From contig JAKAWX010000001.1 in NCBI GenBank assembly GCA_021816865.1, positions 124,739 through 188,738 on the forward strand: a stretch of 64,000 nucleotides of DNA. Direction: 5' to 3'. Origin of the DNA: Thermoplasmata archaeon. GTDB taxonomy: Archaea > Thermoplasmatota > Thermoplasmata > Lutacidiplasmatales > UBA184. Each line of letters opens with the position of its first letter. Within the stretch, counting starts at the first letter, position 1. This document shows, in pieces, positions 53,734-63,094 of this stretch. The translations under genes and the position numbers were made by a program. The notes under the pieces were generated by a model. The model was not told the origin of the DNA and made no database searches. It saw only the letters and a list, made by a program, of their open reading frames with translations.

Positions 53734-54303
53734 GTGAGCGTGCTTCGTCTCTCGGACGCCGGCCCGAGCCGCCCCGTCCCGAACTCGTCCCCCCCATCCC
53801 CACCGTCGGAGCCCGCGTTCCCGCTCGCCCGCCTCCTCGAGGCGCCGGCGGATTACGATGGGGTGTTCCGCGTCGTACGGGGCGCCGTCCGCCGCGTACT
53901 CGGCATCGAGCGCCCCGGCCTCGGGCTCGGGCTCTCCAACCTACCGCCTCAGCTCGGAGCCTACTGGCAGGTCACGGGGAACCTCATCGTCCTGAACGAG
54001 GGCCTGGTCGAGACGATGCGCGCGCACGCCCGCGGACCGCTCGAGCTGAATTCCTTCCTCTATGTGATCCTCGCCCACGAGTACCTCCACGCCCTCGGGT
54101 ACCTCGACGAGCGGTCCGTCCGGGAAGTGACCGCCCGCGTGACGCGCTCGGCGTTCGGCGCGGAGCACCCGGCGACGCGGATGGCCGAGGGCGACCTCTG
54201 GCGGCTTTACCCGTTCCTCGCGTACGCGCCGATGGGCGATGGCCAGCGCCTGCGCGTCGTGCCTCGGTTCGACCTCGCTTCCACGGAACGGTACATCCGC
54301 TAG
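53734..54303 (+). CDS. hypothetical protein with an HExxH motif (possible metallopeptidase)
   Basis: LYVILAHEYLHALGYLDE. I used the GTG at 53734, which lies about 28 nt after a CCTATTTGG box. Track ORF starts at 53674. I recognise no family. Confidence 0.45.
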   Translation: MSVLRLSDAGPSRPVPNSSPPSPPSEPAFPLARLLEAPADYDGVFRVVRGAVRRVLGIERPGLGLGLSNLPPQLGAYWQVTGNLIVLNEGLVETMRAHARGPLELNSFLYVILAHEYLHALGYLDERSVREVTARVTRSAFGAEHPATRMAEGDLWRLYPFLAYAPMGDGQRLRVVPRFDLASTERYIR

Positions 54304-54366
54304 GCGGGCCTCCCGGCCCCACGTCGCTCTTTATCCCGAGAGGGGGCATCGGCTCGGTCGCGGGCC

Positions 54367-54837
54367 ATGGCGATCCTGTTCAACCTGGTCGGCATCGTCC
54401 TCGTGGTCGGCGGGATCGTCTTTCTCGCCCTCGAGCTCATCCACCCGGGCGCGCTCCTCTTCATCCCGGGGTCGATCCTCCTCGTGGGAGGGCTCCTCTA
54501 CATGTTCCTGCCGGACACGCTCCTCAACAGCTACGTCGGCACGCTCCTGATCGTCGTCGCGGCGGTGGCGGCGGGGTTGATCGAGATCCCGTACTACCGC
54601 TGGGTCGCGCCCACGCACCGTCCGATGAGCACGACCAGCGCCGGTCTCGTCGGGGACGAGGCCGTCGTGATCGTCCCGGTCGTCCCCGATACCCTCCGGG
54701 GGAAGGTTCGCGTCCGCTCCGAGGTCTGGTCCGCGAAGGCGACGGTCCCGATACCGGTCGGGACGCGCGTGCGGATCGTTCACGGCGAAGGGGTCTCGGT
54801 CTCGGTCGAGCCTCTCGAGCCACCGAGGAGCTCATGA
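54367..54837 (+). CDS. NfeD family membrane protein (stomatin operon partner)
   Basis: Hydrophobic N-terminal helices precede a C-terminal OB-like region (LVGDEAVVIVPVVPDTLRGKVRVRSEVWSAKA...RVRIVHGEGVSVSVEP). It sits directly upstream of an SPFH gene. A CTTTATCC box lies at 54328-54335. Confidence 0.8.
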   Translation: MAILFNLVGIVLVVGGIVFLALELIHPGALLFIPGSILLVGGLLYMFLPDTLLNSYVGTLLIVVAAVAAGLIEIPYYRWVAPTHRPMSTTSAGLVGDEAVVIVPVVPDTLRGKVRVRSEVWSAKATVPIPVGTRVRIVHGEGVSVSVEPLEPPRSS

Positions 54838-54927
54838 GCGCGGCCGCCTTGAGCCGGCCCGAAGGGGTGCCGCAGCGTATGGAGAAGCGTTCGGTCGCCC
54901 GGTGGTCCCGAGGGCGGTAGGTCGGAG

Positions 54928-56157
54928 ATGGCGGATTACACGATCGCGATCGTGGGGGCCGTTCTCGCGGCCGTCCTGGTGCTCGTCCTGCTCAACCGGA
55001 TGATCTACACGATCCAGCCGTACCAGCAGGGAATCGTGACCCTGCTCGGGTCGTACAAGCGGATGATCAACCCCGGGTTCAACATGGTGAGCCCGCTCTC
55101 GATGGTCCTCAAGATCGACCTCCGTACCCAGGTGCTCGAGGTCCCGCGCCAGGAGGTCATCACCAAGGACAACTCCCCGACGAACGTCGACGCGATCATC
55201 TACATCAAGGTCGTCGACGCGCCGAAGGCGATCTTCCAGGTCCAGGATTACCACATCGCGACGGTCGCCCTCGCCCAGACGACCCTGCGGTCGATCATCG
55301 GCGACATGGAGCTCGACGAGATCCTCTACAACCGCGAACGGATCAACACCCGCCTTCGCGACATCCTCGACGAGGCGACCGACAAGTGGGGCGTTCGCGT
55401 CGACGCGGTCGAGATCAAGGAGGTCGACCCGGTCGGTCCGGTCAAGACCGCGATGGAGGAGCAGACGGCGGCGGAGCGCCAGCGCCGCGCGGCCGTCCTC
55501 CGGGCGGACGGGGAGAAGCGGAGCGCGATCCTCGTCGCGGAGGGCCAGAAGCGCTCGCGGATCCTTCAGGCCGAAGGGGTGCGCCAATCCCAGATCCTCG
55601 AGGCGGAAGGCGCCCGGGTCGCGACCATCCTCGAGGCCCAGGGAGAGTCCCAGCGCCTGAGGATCCTCTCGCTCGGAGCCGGCGTCCTCGACGCGAAGGC
55701 GCTCACCGTCCTCTCGCTCGACACGGTCGCGAAGGTCGGGAACGGTCAGGCGACGAAGATCCTCTTCCCGTTCGAGTTCTCGCGCCTGATGGAGGGGGCG
55801 AGCGAGTACATGGGCACGAGCCGTCAGGTCCCCGACCGTGGGCTCAACACGCTCGACGACCTCGAGAAGCGCATCGGGTCGATGGACAACATCCTGGGCC
55901 CGATCCCGAAGCAGGAAGAGCTCCTCACCGAGATCAAGTCGATCGAGGAGGAGATCAAGGCGGAATCCGAGGAGTCGACGAGCATGGTCTCGCCGTACAG
56001 CAAGGGGGTCCGCGGACCCGGCGTCCCCGAGCTCCCTCCCGCCGACGTCATCGCCCCCCCACCGTCCCACACGCTCCCCCCGACGGCTTCGTCGCCGGTC
56101 GCCCCGGGTCCGACGGCCGCCGACCCGAGGCGTCGGCCCCCACCGCCCGCCCCCTGA
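54928..56157 (+). CDS. SPFH/Band 7 (stomatin/prohibitin-like) protein with a long coiled-coil and Pro-rich C-terminus
   Basis: An N-terminal TM is followed by QGIVTLLGSYKRMINPGFN, TKDNSPTNVDAIIYIKV, RSIIGDMELDEIL, WGVRVDAVEIKEVDP and AEGQKRSRILQAEG repeats. Confidence 0.9.
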   Translation: MADYTIAIVGAVLAAVLVLVLLNRMIYTIQPYQQGIVTLLGSYKRMINPGFNMVSPLSMVLKIDLRTQVLEVPRQEVITKDNSPTNVDAIIYIKVVDAPKAIFQVQDYHIATVALAQTTLRSIIGDMELDEILYNRERINTRLRDILDEATDKWGVRVDAVEIKEVDPVGPVKTAMEEQTAAERQRRAAVLRADGEKRSAILVAEGQKRSRILQAEGVRQSQILEAEGARVATILEAQGESQRLRILSLGAGVLDAKALTVLSLDTVAKVGNGQATKILFPFEFSRLMEGASEYMGTSRQVPDRGLNTLDDLEKRIGSMDNILGPIPKQEELLTEIKSIEEEIKAESEESTSMVSPYSKGVRGPGVPELPPADVIAPPPSHTLPPTASSPVAPGPTAADPRRRPPPPAP

Positions 56158-56273
56158 CGTTGGCTCCGCTCGCGGGAAGGTCCGAAGACGGCGCTTTCGG
56201 ACGGGGCGACGCGTTCCTCGTCGGCCCCGGACCACCTTTATGAGCCGGCGGCCCCGATACCCGCGCGCGCACC

Positions 56274-57062
56274 ATGGACGCGATCCGAGTCTTGCGGGAC
56301 GGCGCCGTTCTCACCCTCACGATCGACCGACCCGAGCGGCTCAACGCGCTCGACGTGCCGTCGATGCTCGCGCTCCGCCAGAGGCTCCAGGAGGCGTCGA
56401 CCGACCGCGCGGTCCGCGCCGTGCTGCTCACGGGGGCCGGCCCCGCGTTCTGCGCCGGCGGCGACGTCGCGGTGATGGACGAGCATCGCGCGCGGGGAGA
56501 GCTTCCCGCGCTCTTCCACGCGCTGACCGCCGAGATGGAGATGGGCATCCGCGAGATCCTCGGGATGCCGAAGCCGGTCGTCGCCGCGCTGCCCGGCGTC
56601 GCCGCCGGGGGCGGGCTCTCCCTCGCGCTCGCGGCCGACTGGCGGATCGCCTCGGAGTCGGCGGTCCTCGTTCCGGCGTTCCCGACACTCGGCGCGGTAC
56701 CGGACGGCGGCCTCTCCTACTTCCTGCCGCACTACCTCGGGATCGGCCTCGCCCAGGAGCTCCTCTTCACCTCCGCGCGAGTCTCCGCCGCGCGGGCGCG
56801 CGAGCTCGGCCTCGTTCACGAGGTCGTCCCCGCCTCCGACCTCGGCCGACGGGCGGCGGAGCGGGTCCGCGAGCTCGCCGAGGGACCGACGTTCGCCTAC
56901 GGGGGGACGAAGCGCCTCTTGCACGCGGCCTTCGGCCAGGGCGCGGAAGCCCAGCTCGCGCTCGAGCGGCGGCTCGCCGTGGAGGCCGCCGGCCGCGGCG
57001 AGCTTGCGGAAGGCGTCCGAGCGTTCCGGGAAAAACGCCGGCCGAAGTTCCCTCCCCCTTAG
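56274..57062 (+). CDS. enoyl-CoA hydratase/isomerase (crotonase) family protein
   Basis: LTIDRPERLNALD, LTGAGPAFCAGGDV, and AAGGGLSLALAAD. Confidence 0.85.
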   Translation: MDAIRVLRDGAVLTLTIDRPERLNALDVPSMLALRQRLQEASTDRAVRAVLLTGAGPAFCAGGDVAVMDEHRARGELPALFHALTAEMEMGIREILGMPKPVVAALPGVAAGGGLSLALAADWRIASESAVLVPAFPTLGAVPDGGLSYFLPHYLGIGLAQELLFTSARVSAARARELGLVHEVVPASDLGRRAAERVRELAEGPTFAYGGTKRLLHAAFGQGAEAQLALERRLAVEAAGRGELAEGVRAFREKRRPKFPPP

Positions 57063-57705
57063 GCGAGGCGACCGTGGGCGGGTTCGCCCGGGTCGGGCCT
57101 CGGGTCCAGGGCCGGGCGAGCCGGGCCTCGAGCGCGGCCTTCGCCTGCGGCCATTCGCTCGCCAGGAGGCTGTAGACGACCGACGATCGGAATCGGCCGT
57201 GGCGCAGCCGGAGGTGCTCCCTCAGGGTGCCCTCGCGCCGGGCGCCCAGCCGCTCGATCGCCGCTTGCGAGCGGAGGTTGCGCGAGTCGGTCTTCAGCTG
57301 AACCCGATGGACGCCCTCCGCCTCGAACGCATGGCGGAGCCCGAGGTACTTCACCTCGGTGTTGACCGGCGTCCGCCAGACGGCCGGGTCGAGCCACGTG
57401 CCGAGCTCGACGCTCTGGTCCTCGCGGTCGATGTAGAGATAGCGGAACATGCCGACCGTGCGTCCCCCCGGCGGCGACACGATCGCGAACGGCAGGACCT
57501 CCCCCCGGGCGGCGAGCGCGAGGAGCTCGTTGACGAGCGCGGCCATCTCACCGCGCGTTCGGCCCGGACCGATCCGCAGGTACTTCCAGACGTCGGGGTC
57601 GCGGCCGGCCCGAGCGAGCCCATCGATGTGGTCTCGAGCGAGCGGGACGAGCTGGACGAACCGCCCGGTGAGCACGAGCGGCTGTCGGAACCCCGAGGCG
57701 GCCAC
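56767..57705 (-). CDS. GNAT (RimJ/RimL-type, Acetyltransf_3) N-acetyltransferase with an unusual C-terminal extension of about 100 aa
   Basis: LTGRFVQLVPLARDHIDGL..., FRYLYIDREDQSVELGTWL, NTEVKYLGLRHAFEAEGVHRVQLKTDSRNLRSQAAIERLGA. It is collinear with the paralog at 57749-58402 up to ...ARPWT. It then continues as an Arg/Pro/Ala-rich tail antisense to the crotonase gene. Confidence 0.65.
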   Translation of the reverse strand: MAASGFRQPLVLTGRFVQLVPLARDHIDGLARAGRDPDVWKYLRIGPGRTRGEMAALVNELLALAARGEVLPFAIVSPPGGRTVGMFRYLYIDREDQSVELGTWLDPAVWRTPVNTEVKYLGLRHAFEAEGVHRVQLKTDSRNLRSQAAIERLGARREGTLREHLRLRHGRFRSSVVYSLLASEWPQAKAALEARLARPWTRGPTRANPPTVASPKGEGTSAGVFPGTLGRLPQARRGRRPPRRAAARARAGLPRPGRRPRARGASSPRRRTSVPRRARGPAPPPVGRGRRRGRPRERGRARAPARRRLARR

Positions 57706-57748
57706 GCCGCCGGGACCGGTCGGGCGGGCATAACGGCGGTGACGAGGG

Positions 57749-58402
57749 TCACCGCCACGGTCGATCGGGTCCGGTCCAGGGACGGGCGAGCTTCTCTTCG
57801 AGACCGCGCTTCACGGTCGGCCACTCCCGGTCGAGGATCCCGTAGTAGACGGAGGTGCGGAACGACCCGTCCGCGAGCCGGCGGTCCTCTCGCAGGATCG
57901 CCTCCTGGAGCGCCCCGATCCGCTCGATCGCGCGTCGCGAGCGTTCGTTGCGGAGGTCGGTCTGCAGGTAGATGCGATGGGCCCCTTCGACCTCGAAGGC
58001 GTGGCGGAGGAGGAGGTACTTCGCTTCGGTGTTGCAGGGGGTCCTCCAGAGCCGGCGGGCGAGCCAGGTCCCACCGACCTCGGCGTTGCGGTCCTCTCGG
58101 TCGATGTGCAGGAACCGCGTCATCCCGACCGGCCGGCCGTCCGAGGCGGTGAGCGTCGCGAACGCGAGGTCCGTCCCGGCGGCCTGGCGCTCGAGGAGCA
58201 GGGCGATCAACCGGTCCATCTCGGCGAGGGACGCCCCCGGACCGTTCAACAGGTAGCGGCCGACCTCGGGGTCCGCACCCGCTTCGGCGAGGGCATCGCG
58301 GTGCTCGGGCGACAGCGGGACGAGCCGAACGTACCGTCCCTCGAGCGTAAGCGGTGGTCGGAAGGTGAGCGCGCCCACGGGCCGGCCACCCGGAAGCCCC
58401 AC
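57749..58402 (-). CDS. GNAT (RimJ/RimL-type) N-acetyltransferase
   Basis: LEGRYVRLVPLSPEHRDAL, FLHIDREDRNAEVGGTWL, NTEAKYLLLRHAFEVEGAHRIYLQTDLRNERSRRAIERIGA. Length 217 aa. Confidence 0.8.
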   Translation of the reverse strand: MGLPGGRPVGALTFRPPLTLEGRYVRLVPLSPEHRDALAEAGADPEVGRYLLNGPGASLAEMDRLIALLLERQAAGTDLAFATLTASDGRPVGMTRFLHIDREDRNAEVGGTWLARRLWRTPCNTEAKYLLLRHAFEVEGAHRIYLQTDLRNERSRRAIERIGALQEAILREDRRLADGSFRTSVYYGILDREWPTVKRGLEEKLARPWTGPDRPWR

Positions 58403-58467
58403 TTAATCCCCCCGACCGCGGCCGGAGGCGCGCGAAACCTTAGCATCCTGTCCCCGCCCTACAGAGG

Positions 58468-58475
58468 TTAAATAA
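58468..58475 (+). promoter_or_regulatory. TATA box TTAAATAA about 50 nt upstream of nuoA
   Basis: It is the only AT-rich element in the spacer preceding the nuo operon. Confidence 0.4.
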
Positions 58476-58523
58476 CGACGAAGGGTCCGACGCGACGAAT
58501 CCTTCGCACGGTAGGGAACGACG

Positions 58524-58889
58524 ATGGAAGCAGGGGTGACGACGTTCCTAGTCTTCGCCCTCATCGCGGCGATTTTCGGAGCCGGGTCGATCTTCGCGAA
58601 CCGGTGGCTCGGGGCCAAGCGTCGCCAGTCGTACCTCCAGCTCACGACGTACGAATGCGGCGAGGAGGCCGAAGGCGAGGCCCAGATCGACTTCCCGACC
58701 CAGCATTACACCTTCGCGATCGTCTTCGTGGCGGTCGACGTGCTCGGGTTCGTGCTTGCCCTCTGGGGTCTCACCTTCCGCGGCGCGAACTCGGGATGGT
58801 ACCCCGTCTTCATCGCCGTCGGCTTCACCGGTCTCGCGATCGCGGGCATCTACTACGCGCTGAGCGGCGAGAAGAGGTGGGTCATCTGA
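58524..58889 (+). CDS. nuoA: NADH-quinone oxidoreductase subunit A
   Basis: 121 aa with three TMs and a YECGEE motif. It is the first gene of the nuo cluster. Confidence 0.85.
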   Translation: MEAGVTTFLVFALIAAIFGAGSIFANRWLGAKRRQSYLQLTTYECGEEAEGEAQIDFPTQHYTFAIVFVAVDVLGFVLALWGLTFRGANSGWYPVFIAVGFTGLAIAGIYYALSGEKRWVI

Positions 58890-58957
58890 CCGCCACCGCC
58901 GCGCCCCCGAGCCCCCCTCGGGCAACGTCGCCCCCTCCGGTCGACGGCGAGCTCCCG

Positions 58958-59500
58958 ATGGCCGGTCGGGCGGCGGTGCCGTTCGTCGAGATCGAGGCGC
59001 TGCGGGTGAAGGAATTCATTCCCGCGGCGAAGGAGGCGCTCACCGCCCTCATCGCCGAGCAGGGCCAGGCAAGGCTCATCCGGCCCGTCTTCAACTGGGC
59101 GGGCCGCAACTCGCTCTTCCCGCTCCACTGGGGACTGGCCTGCTGCGCCATCGAGTTCGCCGCCGGCTTCGGGGCCCGATGGGACGCGGAGCGGTTCGGG
59201 GTCGTGCCCCGCTCGTCGCCGCGCCAGTGCGACCTGATGATCGTCAACGGGACCGTCACGTGGAAGGTCGCGCACAAGCTCATCACGCTCTACGAGCAGA
59301 TGCCCGAGCCGAAGTGGGTGATCGCGATGGGCAACTGCGCGACCGGCGGGGGCCCGTTCCGAACGGCCTACTCGGTCGTACCGGGCGTGGACAAGCTCGT
59401 CCCCGTCGACGTGTACATCGCGGGATGTCCGCCCCGCCCCGAGGCGATGCTCGACGGCATCCTTCGCCTCGAGCAACTGATCCGGGAGCGCAAGGAGTAG
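58958..59500 (+). CDS. nuoB: NADH-quinone oxidoreductase subunit B
   Basis: GLACCAIE, the [10 protein letters not shown] region (cluster N2 ligands) and [10 protein letters not shown]. An alternative upstream GTG at 58877 overlaps the nuoA stop. Confidence 0.85.
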   Translation: MAGRAAVPFVEIEALRVKEFIPAAKEALTALIAEQGQARLIRPVFNWAGRNSLFPLHWGLACCAIEFAAGFGARWDAERFGVVPRSSPRQCDLMIVNGTVTWKVAHKLITLYEQMPEPKWVIAMGNCATGGGPFRTAYSVVPGVDKLVPVDVYIAGCPPRPEAMLDGILRLEQLIRERKE

Positions 59501-59539
59501 GCGGCCGGCCCCCGGACGCGGAGCAGGGAGAAGGGGACG

Positions 59540-60016
59540 ATGCAGCCGGCGGACCTCGAACGGGCCCTCGCGCCGAAGCTCGGCGCCGGCTTGATAGGTG
59601 TCGAGCCGTTCGAGGGAATGGCCGGACGCGTCCGGTTCCACCGCGAGGCGGCGCTCGACCTCTTCCGCACGGTCCGCGAGGACCTCGGGTTCGCCCACCT
59701 CTCCATGGTCGGCGGAATCGACTGGGTCACCCATCGCGAGGTCTTCTACGTCGTCTGGTCCGACGACGCGAACCAGTACCTCGTCCTATCGACCGATCTC
59801 CCGGCCGAGGACGCGCACGTCGAGTCGGCATCGGGCGTCTGGCCGAGCGCGAACTGGCACGAACGCGAGACGTGGGAGATGGTGGACGTCACGTTCGACC
59901 ACCACCCGGATCTGCGGCACCTCCTGGTGCCGGACGGCTACGTCTTCCACCCGCTGTTGCGGTCGTTCAAGCTCCACGAGCCCGAGGAGCTCGAGGTGAA
60001 ATCGCGCCATGTCTGA
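59540..60016 (+). CDS. nuoC: NADH-quinone oxidoreductase subunit C
   Basis: SANWHERETWEM is the NuoC signature. Length 158 aa. Confidence 0.85.
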   Translation: MQPADLERALAPKLGAGLIGVEPFEGMAGRVRFHREAALDLFRTVREDLGFAHLSMVGGIDWVTHREVFYVVWSDDANQYLVLSTDLPAEDAHVESASGVWPSANWHERETWEMVDVTFDHHPDLRHLLVPDGYVFHPLLRSFKLHEPEELEVKSRHV

Positions 60017-61154
60017 GATGTGGATCAACATGGGGCCGCAGCACCCCATGACGCACGGATTGTGGAACCTCCGGGTCCGCATCGACGGCGAGACGGTCCT
60101 CGACGTCGACCCCGAGATGGGGTACCTCCACCGCGGCATCGAGAAGATCAGCGAGGACCGCCACTACAACGAGGTGATCACGCTGATGGACCGGACGTGC
60201 TACGTCGCGGGCCTCGCGTGGGAGCACCTCTACATCATCGCGGCCGAGAAGGCGCTCCGCATCCAGCCGCCCGAGCGGGCCGATTACCTGCGCATGATGT
60301 GCGAGGAGTTCCAACGCATCGGCTCGCACCTGATGTGGTACGCGGCGTTCGTCCAGGATATCGGCCTCATGAGCCCGTTCCTCTACGGGATGCGGGACCG
60401 GGACCTCGTCCTCGACCTATTCCAGAGCTACACCGGCGCCCGGATGACCTACGAGTACATGCGGGTCGGGGGCGTGCGCAACGACCTTCCGCCCGGCTTC
60501 ACCGACCAGGCGCGCAAGGTCCTCGATTGGCTCGTTCCCCGCTTCAAGGAGTACGACCAGCTCTGCCTCGGCTCCGACATCTTCCACAAGCGGTGCGACC
60601 ACCTCGGCGTCCTCTCGGCGAGCGATTGCATCCGCCACGGGGTCACGGGGCCGATGCTCCGGTCCGCCGGCGTGAAGCGCGACCTCCGGAAGAACCGGCC
60701 GTACTCGCTCTACAAGGAGGTCGACTTCGATGTGGCGGTCGCCGACGGGGCGGACGTCACCGCCCGCTACCTCGTCCGGATGGAGGAGATGCGCCAGTCG
60801 GTCCGCATCCTCCGCCAGGTCGTCGACTGGCTCGACGCGCACCCCGGGCCGGTGATGGCCGAGACGGTCCCCCGGTGGATGGGAGCCCCGTACGCTCCCG
60901 TCGGCCGGGAGGGGTACCTCCTGAAGCGCCAGTACCCGAAAGGCGTGGGGTTCTCGTCGATCGAGGAACCGCACGGTGAGGCCCAGGCGTACGTCGTCAA
61001 CGAAGGCGGGGAGCACCCGTACCGGGTCAAGTTCCGTTCGCCGGTCTTCGCGAACCTGAGCGCCGCACGGACCTACCTGGTCGGCTACCACGTCGCCGAC
61101 ATCCCGCCGATCATGGGCAGCGTCGACGTGTGCGTCGGAGAGTGCGACCGCTAG
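60009..61154 (+). CDS. nuoD: NADH-quinone oxidoreductase subunit D
   Basis: NMGPQHPMTHG, GYLHRGIEK, and a C-terminal DVCVGECDR. It overlaps the nuoC stop. Confidence 0.9.
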   Translation: MSEMWINMGPQHPMTHGLWNLRVRIDGETVLDVDPEMGYLHRGIEKISEDRHYNEVITLMDRTCYVAGLAWEHLYIIAAEKALRIQPPERADYLRMMCEEFQRIGSHLMWYAAFVQDIGLMSPFLYGMRDRDLVLDLFQSYTGARMTYEYMRVGGVRNDLPPGFTDQARKVLDWLVPRFKEYDQLCLGSDIFHKRCDHLGVLSASDCIRHGVTGPMLRSAGVKRDLRKNRPYSLYKEVDFDVAVADGADVTARYLVRMEEMRQSVRILRQVVDWLDAHPGPVMAETVPRWMGAPYAPVGREGYLLKRQYPKGVGFSSIEEPHGEAQAYVVNEGGEHPYRVKFRSPVFANLSAARTYLVGYHVADIPPIMGSVDVCVGECDR

Positions 61155-61172
61155 GGAGGAGGGAGGGAACGG

Positions 61173-62303
61173 GTGTCGAACGTCACGCTCTACTCGGTGT
61201 CCTACCTGCTCTCGGACACCGTCCTCCGGGCGATCGGCTCGGTCCTTCCGAGGCCGCTCTCCGCCTGGATCACGAACGCGGATCTGATCACCGGCATCGC
61301 GGTGCTGGTCTTCGGAGCGCTCCTGCTCGCCGCGAGCATGCTCAACACGATCGTCCTCATCTGGTGGGAGCGCAAGCTCCTCGGCCGGTTCATGGACCGG
61401 CGGGGGGCGATGCACGTCGGGTATGCCGGTCTCCTCCAGAACTTCGCGGACGGGTTCAAGCTCTTCCGCAAGACGACCGTCCAGCCCCGCGACGCCGACT
61501 CCCTCGGCTTCTACACGGGTCCGACCGCGTACATGGTGACCTCGATGATCCTGTTCGGGATCCTCCCGATCTCGTCGGGGTGGAACTCGGGGGTCCTCCC
61601 GCTCAGCCTCCTCCTTGCGCTCGCGGTCTTCTCGTTCGCTCCGCTCTTCATCTTCGTGAGCGCCTGGTCGAGCAACAACAAGTACTCGCTGATGGGCGGG
61701 ATGCGCTCGGCCGCCCAGATGATCGCCTACGAGGTCCCGCTCCTCCTGGCGGTCGTCGCCGTCGTGATCGTCGCCGGTAGCTTCGACCTCACGACGATCG
61801 TCTACGAGCAGCAGAACTACTGGTTCTGGGGGCCGCTCGTGGTCGCCTTGGTCGTCTTCTTCGCCGGGATGCTCGCGGAGATGGAGCGCATCCCGTTCGA
61901 CCTTCCGGAGGCCGAGGCCGAACTCGTCGAAGGATGGAACACCGAGTACGGCGGGATGCTCTTCGCGTTCTTCATGCTCGCCGATTACCTCCGGGCGCTG
62001 GTCGGCAGCATCCTGGTCGTCCTTCTTTTCCTCGGGGGCTGGACCCTGCCGACCTGGGTGCCCGCGGCGCTCACGTCGTTCCCGCTCGCGGGGATCGTCT
62101 GGTTCATGGTCAAGACCTACATTGTCTTCGGCGTCTTCGTCTGGATCCGCGCGTCGCTGCCGCGCGTGCGCACCGACCAGCTGCTCCGGGTCGGCTGGAA
62201 TCGGATGATCCCCCTCAGCTTGCTCTCGGTGTTCCTCGCCGCGCTCCTCGTCACGGTGAAATGCCTTCCGGTGTTTGGCTGCGTCCCCTCGCTGGGGGTC
62301 TAG
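61173..62303 (+). CDS. nuoH: NADH-quinone oxidoreductase subunit H
   Basis: WWERKLLGRFMDRRG, LQNFADGFKL, and PFDLPEAEAELVEGWNTEYGG. Confidence 0.9.
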   Translation: MSNVTLYSVSYLLSDTVLRAIGSVLPRPLSAWITNADLITGIAVLVFGALLLAASMLNTIVLIWWERKLLGRFMDRRGAMHVGYAGLLQNFADGFKLFRKTTVQPRDADSLGFYTGPTAYMVTSMILFGILPISSGWNSGVLPLSLLLALAVFSFAPLFIFVSAWSSNNKYSLMGGMRSAAQMIAYEVPLLLAVVAVVIVAGSFDLTTIVYEQQNYWFWGPLVVALVVFFAGMLAEMERIPFDLPEAEAELVEGWNTEYGGMLFAFFMLADYLRALVGSILVVLLFLGGWTLPTWVPAALTSFPLAGIVWFMVKTYIVFGVFVWIRASLPRVRTDQLLRVGWNRMIPLSLLSVFLAALLVTVKCLPVFGCVPSLGV

Positions 62304-62314
62304 AGGAGGGAGCG

Positions 62315-63094
62315 ATGGCGAGCGAGGTCACGGCGAAAGAGAAGCCGGGCGAGCACCCGGTCCTCTGGGTCGCGCGTCCGATGGCGACCGCCGCGCGGCA
62401 GTTCGCGAAGAGCCTCTTCCGCCCGTCGACGATCGTCTACCCGTACGAGCGTCTCGAGAACCCCGAGTTCCGCGACCGGCTCGAGGTCGCGTCGGGAAAG
62501 CCGTTCGGTGTCGGCCAGGTCTGGGACAACTACCGCGGCGTCCACGCCCTGAACATCGCGACGTGCATCAGCTGCAACCTCTGCGCGTTCTCCTGCCCGG
62601 ACGTCTGCATCGAGATGGTCAGCGTTCCCGGCGGCGACCCCAAGCACCCGAAGAAGTGTCCGCAAATCGACTACGGGAAGTGCAGCTACTGCGGGTTCTG
62701 CTCGGACGCCTGCCCCGAGGGCTGCCTCACGATGACGACGCGCTACGAGCTCTCGACACCGAAGCGCTCGGAGATGATCTACTCGCCCGAGAAGCTCCAC
62801 GAGATCTTCCGCTCGAAGCTCCCGATGAACCCGATCCGCCTCGCTCGCCCCGAGAACGAGGACGCGATCCTCCTCGACCCCCCGCTGTGCATCGGGTGCA
62901 ATGCGTGCTCGCGCGACTGCCCGACCCAGTGCATCACGATGCTCGACATCCCGAAGCCCGAGGCGAAGCCCGGCGAGAAGCTTCCCCGGCGGATCTGGAA
63001 GGAGCCCGTCGTCAACGACTCCGACTGCGTCCGATGCGGGACGTGCATCAGCGTTTGCCCCAAAGAGTGCCTGTTCTGGGGGACTCGAAAGTGA
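62315..63094 (+). CDS. nuoI: NADH-quinone oxidoreductase subunit I, extended form with four CxxCxxCxxxCP motifs
   Basis: CISCNLCAFSCP and CSYCGFCSDACP form the canonical pair. CIGCNACSRDCP and CVRCGTCISVCP form an extra C-terminal pair. Length 259 aa. I used the ATG at 62315, preceded by GAGGAGGGAG. Confidence 0.85.
   Translation: MASEVTAKEKPGEHPVLWVARPMATAARQFAKSLFRPSTIVYPYERLENPEFRDRLEVASGKPFGVGQVWDNYRGVHALNIATCISCNLCAFSCPDVCIEMVSVPGGDPKHPKKCPQIDYGKCSYCGFCSDACPEGCLTMTTRYELSTPKRSEMIYSPEKLHEIFRSKLPMNPIRLARPENEDAILLDPPLCIGCNACSRDCPTQCITMLDIPKPEAKPGEKLPRRIWKEPVVNDSDCVRCGTCISVCPKECLFWGTRK

Noticed and set aside
58877-58957. A longer NuoB could start at the GTG at 58877, overlapping the nuoA stop.
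   Set aside because: I did not adopt it as the primary call. The extra 27 residues ([27 protein letters not shown]) are Pro-rich and unlike NuoB N-termini. It remains a possible alternative start.
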